Of a stretch of 64,000 bases of DNA, positions 1 through 7,778 are shown one piece after another. Each line of letters opens with the position of its first letter. Position 1 is the stretch's first letter. The stretch spans positions 25,157-89,156 of the forward strand of contig CALUXS010000005.1 in the NCBI GenBank assembly GCA_944324805.1. The letters are read 5' to 3'. Made by a program: the position numbers and the translations under genes. This DNA comes from an uncultured Acholeplasmatales bacterium. Lineage in GTDB: Bacteria > Bacillota_I > Bacilli_A > Acholeplasmatales > Anaeroplasmataceae. The notes below the pieces were generated by a model, which saw nothing but the letters and a program-made list of their open reading frames with translations, was not told the origin of the DNA and made no database searches.

Positions 1-211
1 GAACTAATTCTATATCTGCCCCGTTCAAAAAGTAATTTGCCAATTTGAAAACTTGGGTACTCATCAAGATACCAACTATTGATGCAGTTAAAATCGCACC
101 CATTAAAAAAACTAGACCAATAGTAATAAATCCACCAAACATTAACCAAAATACATAGGTCCATGTTGTTGATTTTTCTCTTTTAATATTTATGTTTGTC
201 TTATTACTCAT
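1..211 (-). CDS. YccF-like small membrane protein, N-terminal part (gene runs off the left edge)
   Basis: Absent from the ORF track because it is truncated. Minus-strand ATG at 209-211 is preceded by GGTGGA (215-220). Translation MSNKTNINIKREKSTTWTYVFWLMFGGFITIGLVFLMGAILTASIVGILMSTQVFKLANYFLNGADIELV is hydrophobic and recalls the YccF/DUF307 pattern. Confidence 0.45.
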   Translation of the reverse strand, partial: MSNKTNINIKREKSTTWTYVFWLMFGGFITIGLVFLMGAILTASIVGILMSTQVFKLANYFLNGADIELV

Positions 212-539
212 AAATCCACCTATAAATCGACTTTCTAAACCATGAATATTATAGCATAAAAAACATAAAATGAAAGCCCTTTTTCTTCTTATAATTTTCA
301 ATTTTACATATATTTATTTTATTAGTATAGAAATTAAGTACTTATTATTACATGCTTTTTACTAATTATTGAATTAAATTTTATTTTCTTACCAAACATC
401 GAATTTGAAAACGTTTTATGAAAACCTTTTCATCTCTATTTTTTCGAATTTTTTTTTATTGTTTTTTCTTTTATTATTAAAAATATAGATATTAACTTTG
501 TAAATTGATCAAATATAGTAGTATTTTCTCATACATATA

Positions 540-548
540 TGATATAAT
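540..548 (+). promoter_or_regulatory. Candidate extended -10 element (TGaTATAAT) for the HAD phosphatase gene
   Basis: tgatataat lies ~36 nt upstream of the ATG at 584. RBS AGAGGGA follows at 573-579. Confidence 0.35.
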
Positions 549-583
549 TTTTTTGCTTTATACTACTTAAAAAGAGGGATATT

Positions 584-1333
584 ATGTTATTAATAATGGA
601 TTTAGACGATACTTTGCTTCCTAAAAACAATATATTATCTTTGTATACAATAAATACACTAAAGGAAGCACAACTAAGAGGTCATTTAATAGTTTTTAAT
701 ACTGCACGTGGTCTTAAACCTACCTTACCAATTTATAATCAATTTTGTCCTGATTATTTAATATTAAATGGTGGTAGTTCAATTTATGATAAAAATTTAA
801 ATCTTTTATATGAAAAAAGAATTTCTTTAAATCATACGATTGAGATTCTTAATTTTCTAAAGAAAAAAAAGTTAAATCATATTTTAGTAGAATGTGGAGA
901 TGGTTTTATAAGTGATGATGATTATACGATTGATAAATATGGAGATGTTACGAAAATAAACTTTTCTAACATAACAAAAGGAGCATTAAAAATCGTATTT
1001 GAGGATGAAAAAGATGAAAATGCAAATTATTTAAAAAATAAATATAATCTCGATATTGTTAATTATGTTGGCGGAAAATTACATAAAATAAGTATTAATA
1101 CAAAGGCTGTTGGAAATAAGATTCTATTAGAAATTTTAGGAAATGACATTAAAACTGTTTGTTTTGGAGATGATTTAGGAGATATCGATATGCTTCTTGA
1201 GGCGAACATTGGCGTTCGGATGAAAAATTCACAGCCTTTATTAAAAAAATACAATTTTCTTGAGACAAAAGAAACATGTGATAATGATGGTGTTGCTATT
1301 TTCATAAAGGAAAAAATACTAAAAGAAGGCTAA
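584..1333 (+). CDS. Cof-type HAD-superfamily phosphatase
   Basis: N-terminal DxDxT motif (MDLDDTLL). Has NTARG (motif II-like), NGGS and C-terminal GDDLGDIDML (motif IV). Confidence 0.8.
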   Translation: MLLIMDLDDTLLPKNNILSLYTINTLKEAQLRGHLIVFNTARGLKPTLPIYNQFCPDYLILNGGSSIYDKNLNLLYEKRISLNHTIEILNFLKKKKLNHILVECGDGFISDDDYTIDKYGDVTKINFSNITKGALKIVFEDEKDENANYLKNKYNLDIVNYVGGKLHKISINTKAVGNKILLEILGNDIKTVCFGDDLGDIDMLLEANIGVRMKNSQPLLKKYNFLETKETCDNDGVAIFIKEKILKEG

Positions 1334-1334
1334 A

Positions 1335-1673
1335 TTAGCCTTCAACCTTAGTACTTAAATTTGAGAAAAATACAATTCTTTCACCGACAAGCTCACAGGT
1401 ATCTATTACTATACCACCCTCTATTGTCTGTTTTTTTAGAGTTAATCTGCCTTTAACTCCTACTTGTGCACCTTTTCGTATATTGTCACTTGCTACTTCT
1501 GCCATCACTTCCCACAATGTAACATTGAAAAAGTCAGTATCATAGTTTCCTTCTGAATTTTTGAATGGTCGTTGACATGCAATAGTAAGGTTCAATACTT
1601 TTCTGCCATCATCTATCGTTCTTACTACTACATCTTTAGCCACTCTTCCTATAAGCATAAAATAATTATACAT
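1335..1673 (-). CDS. ssb: Single-stranded DNA-binding protein, short form without acidic C-terminal tail
   Basis: OB-fold SSB pattern (MLIGRVAKDVVVRT..G..V.NLTIA..RPFKN..G...TDFFNVTLW...AE.....RKGAQVGVKGRL). Strong RBS AAGGAGGAAAA. Only 112 aa and ends ..STKVEG. Confidence 0.75.
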   Translation of the reverse strand: MYNYFMLIGRVAKDVVVRTIDDGRKVLNLTIACQRPFKNSEGNYDTDFFNVTLWEVMAEVASDNIRKGAQVGVKGRLTLKKQTIEGGIVIDTCELVGERIVFFSNLSTKVEG

Positions 1674-1804
1674 TTTTCCTCCTTTCTTCAGGGCACTATA
1701 TTTATATCATTTTTTTCTTTTATGACAAAATTCAAATAATTGTATTTTTTTACAAAAAATATTTACAATTGGAAAAAAATGCACTTTATTCTAACTTTAT
1801 AAAT

Positions 1805-1852
1805 TAAAAAAACAAGATTTTTTTAAATTTTAGGAAAAAATCTTGTTTTTTT
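1805..1852 (-). terminator. Rho-independent terminator after the M16 peptidase pair
   Basis: 12-bp stem acaagatttttt/aaaaaatcttgt (1812-1823 / 1835-1846) flanked by A/T runs, immediately after the stop at 1856. Confidence 0.7.
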
Positions 1853-1855
1853 ATG

Positions 1856-3061
1856 TTATTTTAACTTTTTTAAAATTCCTACAGAAATTGTACTATTTTT
1901 TAATAAATCATATGCCAAATCATAATCAACACTATTTTGCTTAAATATTTCTTCAATAATTTTTTCTAAATCATTCCCTTTAGCCCATTCATTGATATAT
2001 TCTTCTGCGTATTTTTCCGGATTACCTTCTAAATTTATTATACTAGCTTTAGTTCTTTTTAGATATAATTCTTCTAGCTCACTATCTGGGGAAATCTTAT
2101 TTTTTATAAATTTTTTTAGTTTTTTTAGAGAAAGCCTAGCATCATTTGTTTCACTTGCAATTGAGTAACCAAATACTTCATTATCATAGAATGTATTAAT
2201 TGTATAGCTAGAATTTATAATTTTTTCCGAAATCAATTTCTCATATAAACTAGAGTATGAATTGAAAATTTGATCAATGTAGCCATTTAATGAAAAAATT
2301 TCACTTTGACTTAAATTATTTTTATTTATTCTTATTGTAAAAACATAGAAGTCTTTAGTTAATTTCCCCTGTAAGAAAACTTTTTTCTCTTGTTTTTCTT
2401 CATATGTTCTTTTTTCGTTGAAAATTATCTTATTATTTCTTTTAGGAATATATTGCTTTAAAATGCTATTAATCCTTTTAATATCTATATCTCCAACAAT
2501 TATTAAATGAGAATTATCATTTGTATAAAATGAGTTATATGCATCATATAAATCTTTTAGCGTAGTTTTTCTTAATTCCTTTAAATCACCTGCAATTGGA
2601 TAACCTATCGGTTTATTAGAATAAAAAATTTTACGCATTTTTTGAAATATTTTTTCATAAGGATTATCATTAACCATTTTTATTTCGTTTGCAATTATCT
2701 TTTTTTCTTTCTTTATGTCTTCCTCTGTAAAACATGGAGAAAAGTATTTTTGTAGTAAAAAGATTAATGGTTGTTCTATTTTTAAGCCTGAAAAGAAATA
2801 TACAGTTCTATTAACCGTAGTATATGCATTAGCTTCAACACCATATGAATTTAGTGTATCAAAACCATCTGTACCATCTATATTCATTAATAGCTTATGT
2901 TCTAAAAAATGCGCTGTACCATACGGAATTTGTTCTCCATTTGGTAAAATAACATCCTTTGAACCAAATTTACAACACAAAAAAACATGCTTAGTCTCAT
3001 AACCAGGCGTTAGAAAAATAGTCACTTTTAAACCATTATAAGACATTTCGATTTTGTTCAT
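1856..3061 (-). CDS. M16 (pitrilysin/insulinase) family zinc peptidase, catalytic subunit
   Basis: HxxEH zinc motif (AHFLEHKLL) and downstream EANAYT motif. The track ORF begins with GTG at 3079. ATGs at 3073 and 3061 (GGTGGA just upstream) are alternatives, so the start is uncertain. Confidence 0.8.
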   Translation of the reverse strand: MNKIEMSYNGLKVTIFLTPGYETKHVFLCCKFGSKDVILPNGEQIPYGTAHFLEHKLLMNIDGTDGFDTLNSYGVEANAYTTVNRTVYFFSGLKIEQPLIFLLQKYFSPCFTEEDIKKEKKIIANEIKMVNDNPYEKIFQKMRKIFYSNKPIGYPIAGDLKELRKTTLKDLYDAYNSFYTNDNSHLIIVGDIDIKRINSILKQYIPKRNNKIIFNEKRTYEEKQEKKVFLQGKLTKDFYVFTIRINKNNLSQSEIFSLNGYIDQIFNSYSSLYEKLISEKIINSSYTINTFYDNEVFGYSIASETNDARLSLKKLKKFIKNKISPDSELEELYLKRTKASIINLEGNPEKYAEEYINEWAKGNDLEKIIEEIFKQNSVDYDLAYDLLKNSTISVGILKKLK

Positions 3062-4232
3062 TATTTCCACCATATACACATAAAAATTCTAGTTTTAATT
3101 TTATATTTAAACAAGATTCATAGTCAACTTCTTCTATACTAGCGATTCTCTTTTCATCACTTAAATAATTCGAATCATAAATCTTAAATATACCATTTGT
3201 AAAATAGTGTCCTAAGTGATCATTAGACCTACAAATACTATTTTTTATATTTTCTTTAGCAAGAAGAAATTGTTCTTTTGTAAATTTATTTGTTAAAATT
3301 TCTTCAATATATTTTTTAATTAAAGATATATCTCTTGAGTGACTTATTAAGTGGCCCTTTAACATGCCAAAAGTTCCTATTCTAATTCCTTCAATCGTAT
3401 AGCATAACCCATACTCTTCTCTTAATTTTTTGAAAAAAATTCCATAATTTCCAAAAAATATTTCTTCTAAAATCATTAATTTAGAAATATCAGTTTCATT
3501 ACGATTAAGGCTAGTTTCAATGAAAAAATCATAATACATTTCTGATGTTCTTGAATTAATAAATTTTGTATTTACGGTATTCAATTTTCTTGTAAATGCA
3601 AACGGAAAATACTTTACCTTATTATCGAATAAATCTAATATTTTCGTTTCAAAATTTGCTAAACATCTATATTCAAAATTAACAATTTTAGTTTTATAAA
3701 AGTTATTTAGTTCCTCAATTGTTATTTTATCTAATATTTTAAGATTTCCAACACAATTGTATGAATATTTTGTTCCTTCAAAAAAGGACTCAAAAGCTAA
3801 TTCATCAGAAACAATATCAAAATCTTGATTTCTAATATATAAATCATCTTTATATTCTCTTTTTGCCCTTGCAAATAACTTTTTTTGTAAACCATTTTTA
3901 CCAAGTAAAGGGTTAAATGCTGCATTGTAGGCTAATATTGCCATAGTCTCATTTGTATAATTAGAATCGTTAAAATACTTGTCGTCAAGAAATGAAATTC
4001 CGATTGAAAACAATTTATATGGACCGTAGCTTTCTACATCAGCGAAAAATTTTGCTCCATACATAGATGCTAGTTTTTTATCCCAAGTTATAGGTGTCCT
4101 ATAATATTTATTAGCTAATGTTAAATAATAAGAATATAAATTTAAAAGTGTTACTTCATATATAGATAAATCTAATAGAGTAACAAACTCTATTCTTTTA
4201 GTTCTATAGTCAATTTTTGTCTTAATTAACAT
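3036..4232 (-). CDS. M16-family peptidase-like protein lacking HxxEH (non-catalytic partner)
   Basis: Same size as the adjacent M16 gene and overlaps it. No HxxEH motif visible. Preferred start is ATG at 4230-4232 (MLIKTK) with GGAG 6 nt upstream. Confidence 0.6.
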   Translation of the reverse strand: MLIKTKIDYRTKRIEFVTLLDLSIYEVTLLNLYSYYLTLANKYYRTPITWDKKLASMYGAKFFADVESYGPYKLFSIGISFLDDKYFNDSNYTNETMAILAYNAAFNPLLGKNGLQKKLFARAKREYKDDLYIRNQDFDIVSDELAFESFFEGTKYSYNCVGNLKILDKITIEELNNFYKTKIVNFEYRCLANFETKILDLFDNKVKYFPFAFTRKLNTVNTKFINSRTSEMYYDFFIETSLNRNETDISKLMILEEIFFGNYGIFFKKLREEYGLCYTIEGIRIGTFGMLKGHLISHSRDISLIKKYIEEILTNKFTKEQFLLAKENIKNSICRSNDHLGHYFTNGIFKIYDSNYLSDEKRIASIEEVDYESCLNIKLKLEFLCVYGGNNEQNRNVL

Positions 4233-4242
4233 TTTTAACTCC

Positions 4243-4267
4243 AAAAAAAGAAGCGACATACGTCGCT
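4243..4267 (-). terminator. Terminator hairpin overlapping the deoD stop
   Basis: agcgac-atac-gtcgct hairpin (4252-4267) followed on the minus strand by TTCTTTTTTT. Confidence 0.55.
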
Positions 4268-4997
4268 ATCTTATATTTTTTGTTGCCATATTTAAGGCTA
4301 TTTCCATCATATTTCTAAATGATGTTTGTCTTTCTTCTGCAGATGTAACTTCATGAGTTATAAATGAATCAGAAATTGTAAGTAAGCAAGAAGCCTTTTT
4401 ACCTAGAGCTTTGGCATTAGCAAATAAAGCAAATGACTCCATCTCAACACATTCACATCCAAATTCATCGCGAACTTTTTCCCAACGAGTTGGATCAGTT
4501 GAATAAAATACATCTGATGAATGACAAATTGCAGGTTTTAGATTAATATTTAATTCTTCCGCAATTTTCATCAATTTTGTATTAACACTTTTTGAACTCT
4601 TTAATTTTTTACCACGCATACCAAATGCAGTCTTTGCAAAAGTTGATTCACTATATGCTTCAGTAACTAAAACAGTATCATAAACATTTAAACGTTTAGC
4701 ATAACTTCCTGCTGAACCAATTCTAATAATTGTATCAACATCATAAAATTTGAAAAGCTCATACGAATAAATACCAATAGATGGCATACCCATACCAGAG
4801 CCCATAACAGATATCCATTTTCCTTTATATTTTCCTGTAAAACCATACATATTTCTTACAGTGTTGAAAGTTCTAACATCTGTTAAAAAATTATCTGCAA
4901 TATATTTTGCACGAAGTGGATCGCCAGGCATTAAAACAACCTTAGCAATTTCATTTTGATCATTACAACTATTGTGCGGTGTTGGAATTTGACTCAT
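4266..4997 (-). CDS. deoD: Purine nucleoside phosphorylase, DeoD type
   Basis: [17 protein letters not shown] and GMGMPS motifs typical of hexameric PNP. Lies adjacent to deoC. Confidence 0.9.
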   Translation of the reverse strand: MSQIPTPHNSCNDQNEIAKVVLMPGDPLRAKYIADNFLTDVRTFNTVRNMYGFTGKYKGKWISVMGSGMGMPSIGIYSYELFKFYDVDTIIRIGSAGSYAKRLNVYDTVLVTEAYSESTFAKTAFGMRGKKLKSSKSVNTKLMKIAEELNINLKPAICHSSDVFYSTDPTRWEKVRDEFGCECVEMESFALFANAKALGKKASCLLTISDSFITHEVTSAEERQTSFRNMMEIALNMATKNIR

Positions 4998-5643
4998 TAT
5001 TATATTCCTCCATTATCTTAACTCCTGCAGAGCAACCAATTCTATTTGCTCCTGCATTAATCATTTTTTCCATATCATCCTTAGTTCTAATACCACCTGA
5101 AGCCTTTACACCCATATCAGGTCCTACAGTTTCACGCATTAATTTAACAGCCTCAACTGTAGCGCCTTCAGTACCAAAACCTGTCGATGTCTTAACAAAA
5201 TCTGCACCTGCTTCTTTAGCTAATAAAGAGGCTTTAACAATTTCTTCATTTGTTAAATAGCAAGTCTCTAAAATAACTTTTACTAAAACTCCATCCGCTG
5301 CTTTTACAACTGCTTTAATATCTTCTAATACAACATCATATTCCTGTGCCTTTAAAGCTCCTATGTTTATAACCATATCAACTTCATCTGCACCATTTGC
5401 TATAGCCTCAGTAGTCTCATATGCTTTTACACTACTTGTATTTGCTCCTAAAGGGAATCCGATAACTGTACAAATTAAAACATCTGAACCCTTAAGAAGT
5501 TCTTTAGCAAAACTAACGTAACAAGGATTAATACATACACTCTTAAAATGATATGTATTAGCTTCAGCACATAGCTTGAAAACATCCTTCTTAGTAGCAG
5601 TAGCCTTCAATATTGTGTGATCAATATATTTAGCTTTATCCAT
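4969..5643 (-). CDS. deoC: Deoxyribose-phosphate aldolase
   Basis: [20 protein letters not shown] (Schiff-base Lys) and KASGGIR motifs. Confidence 0.9.
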   Translation of the reverse strand: MDKAKYIDHTILKATATKKDVFKLCAEANTYHFKSVCINPCYVSFAKELLKGSDVLICTVIGFPLGANTSSVKAYETTEAIANGADEVDMVINIGALKAQEYDVVLEDIKAVVKAADGVLVKVILETCYLTNEEIVKASLLAKEAGADFVKTSTGFGTEGATVEAVKLMRETVGPDMGVKASGGIRTKDDMEKMINAGANRIGCSAGVKIMEEYNNESNSNTAQ

Positions 5644-5652
5644 AAAATCCTC

Positions 5653-6513
5653 CTATACATCTAATACTTTTTTAAAATCCACCGGTTTTAATTCAAGAAT
5701 TAATGGTGAAAAATTAACTTTTGTTAATACTTTATTGATTTTTTTCATTTCCTTATAGCTAACATAAAATAAATTACTTACGCTAGATTCTATTTGATGG
5801 AAAAATTTTTTAGTTTTCATTTGAAATTCTTCAGCAGATATAAACATATCCATTTTGGGATCTGTAACATGTATCATATCAACAAATGCAGGAAAAACAA
5901 ATGGTTCAAATCTACTTACTTCAATTGCTGTATAAACTTTTCTTTTTCCTTCTACTGCATAATATGAAATAGTAGGAACTTTAATTTCTTCTTCTTTAAG
6001 TGAATCTTTTAACAAACTAACTTGCTGAAGATAATCGTAAACTTGATTTAAACTTTCTTCCTCAAGTTTATAATAATTACTTATTTCCTCAGGATATTTT
6101 TTCTTATATGCTTGCTTAACAATTTGAAAAGCCTTAATCATCATATTACGTTTGAAAGGAGAAACATCCTCATATATTTCATTATATACATAAAAATCAA
6201 ACATTTTAGTAATGTCTTCGCATATATTTATAATTAATGAAACATCATAAGTAGGTAATAATACTGAGAGTTCAACACGTAAGTTAACGTCAATAAAACG
6301 AGGATTTAAACGCTCAATCCCTGGAACAATCGATTTATTAGAGATAATAAACTCAGCTTTAAACCCTAAAGTTGGATTATAATATCTAGCAATTTTTTCA
6401 TTTTCGTTTTTTGTCACAACGTCAATATAAGGATTTGTAGAAAAATAACTCAATAAATCAGCAACCTCATAATTACGTGTACCCTCTTTAAAAAAATAAT
6501 ACCTAAATAACAT
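5653..6513 (-). CDS. Hypothetical protein (286 aa), no recognisable motif
   Basis: Long ORF co-directional with its neighbours, with a compact 9-nt spacing to deoC. No family recognised. Confidence 0.5.
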   Translation of the reverse strand: MLFRYYFFKEGTRNYEVADLLSYFSTNPYIDVVTKNENEKIARYYNPTLGFKAEFIISNKSIVPGIERLNPRFIDVNLRVELSVLLPTYDVSLIINICEDITKMFDFYVYNEIYEDVSPFKRNMMIKAFQIVKQAYKKKYPEEISNYYKLEEESLNQVYDYLQQVSLLKDSLKEEEIKVPTISYYAVEGKRKVYTAIEVSRFEPFVFPAFVDMIHVTDPKMDMFISAEEFQMKTKKFFHQIESSVSNLFYVSYKEMKKINKVLTKVNFSPLILELKPVDFKKVLDV

Positions 6514-6571
6514 GTAATCGACCTCTCCTCTTATTATACCATTTTAAAGGTCTAAAGTATAGTTTTATTTT

Positions 6572-6760
6572 TTAAGCCCTAAACCGCAAATAAAAATGCT
6601 TAGTAACCATACACAAAACAATAAGCAAAATCAACATAAAAGGAATGATAAGCCATAAATAATCGATAAAAATAAGTGCATTTATTGATAAAACTAAAAA
6701 ACCGGAAATTGATAGTAACCCAATTGAAAGTGCTAAAACAAATGATCTAAACTTAGACAT
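6572..6760 (-). CDS. Small two-TM membrane protein (62 aa)
   Basis: Two hydrophobic segments. Overlaps the upstream protease gene stop by 8 nt. Confidence 0.4.
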   Translation of the reverse strand: MSKFRSFVLALSIGLLSISGFLVLSINALIFIDYLWLIIPFMLILLIVLCMVTKHFYLRFRA

Positions 6761-7778
6761 TCTTCAAAACCTCCAATGCATCTTGCAAACTATCTACTTT
6801 AAATAGTAACATATTTTTCTTACTAGGTAAAGAGTTATATGCCTCTAAAGCTTCTTCATAATTACCACTAGGACATAAAAAAACATTGACACCATCATCA
6901 TATGCTGTATAAATTTTTTGTTTAATACCACCAATAACACCTACATTACCAAAAGCATCAATTGTTCCCGTACCAGAGATATGTAATCCTCTAGAATAAT
7001 CAAAACTAGTTAGAGAGTTATAAAGAGATAGACTTCGCATTAGTCCACCTGAAGGTCCTGAAGTAAAACTACGTCCAATTTCTAGTTTTGGATATATTTC
7101 ATCGTAATTAATGTCGTAATAAGGATAAAATGCAAATGATTTAATATTTTCATTTGTTAAAGTTAACTCTATATTTTTGCCATCTCTATTAACTATAAGC
7201 TTATCCCCAATTTTTCGATTATTAAAGGCATTTTTGAAATCATCATAGTCGTTACTTCCGTATATAGAATTAATTGCTAATATTTTATCACCTATAAAAA
7301 AATTTGAACCTTCCGCATAGTAACTAACCACTAAACTATTAAAATTATAACTTATTTTTATACTATTATTCTCTGCTTTTGCTAGTTCATAACTAGAAAT
7401 TATCGTTGTCATTAATGCAGAATTATATTGTATTTTTCCCATTTCTGAAAGTTCATCTAATGAAAAATGAAGATAATTATCAGGTAAATCTGAAACTTCA
7501 CTAGTTTTAGAGAAAGAACATAAAAAATTTTGTAAAACGGTTGAATGTTCAAAATCTATTACATAAATCGTAGAAAATGTTCCTTTTGAGTCATAGCCAT
7601 CAATAACCTTTATTACATCATCAACAAAGGTAGTATCCCCCTTTAATGTAACACTTTTATCTGTAAACCATAACCCAGTAATAAGTAGAGGTAAATTTAA
7701 TACTAAGATTAATATTAAAAATATTATTTCCTTTTTATTTAATTTACCTCTTTTTACTGTATTTTTACTCATTTCCAA
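6753..7778 (-). CDS. Membrane-anchored S16 Lon-like serine protease (YlbL/SepM-like)
   Basis: N-terminal TM helix. C-terminal Lon protease-domain motifs SGPSGGLM (Ser) and GGIKQKIYTA (Lys). Confidence 0.7.
   Translation of the reverse strand: MEMSKNTVKRGKLNKKEIIFLILILVLNLPLLITGLWFTDKSVTLKGDTTFVDDVIKVIDGYDSKGTFSTIYVIDFEHSTVLQNFLCSFSKTSEVSDLPDNYLHFSLDELSEMGKIQYNSALMTTIISSYELAKAENNSIKISYNFNSLVVSYYAEGSNFFIGDKILAINSIYGSNDYDDFKNAFNNRKIGDKLIVNRDGKNIELTLTNENIKSFAFYPYYDINYDEIYPKLEIGRSFTSGPSGGLMRSLSLYNSLTSFDYSRGLHISGTGTIDAFGNVGVIGGIKQKIYTAYDDGVNVFLCPSGNYEEALEAYNSLPSKKNMLLFKVDSLQDALEVLKNV

Noticed and set aside
405-418. cre-like palindrome TTGAAAACGTTTTA upstream of the HAD phosphatase gene.
   Set aside because: It misses the conserved C in the 3' half-site, lies ~170 nt from the gene start, and sits in a long AT-rich spacer where such near-palindromes occur by chance.
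212-583. Long (370-nt) AT-rich intergenic region as a possible sRNA or mobile-element scar.
   Set aside because: No stable hairpins, terminator, repeats or ORF were seen. It looks like a divergent promoter region between the YccF-like gene and the HAD phosphatase gene.
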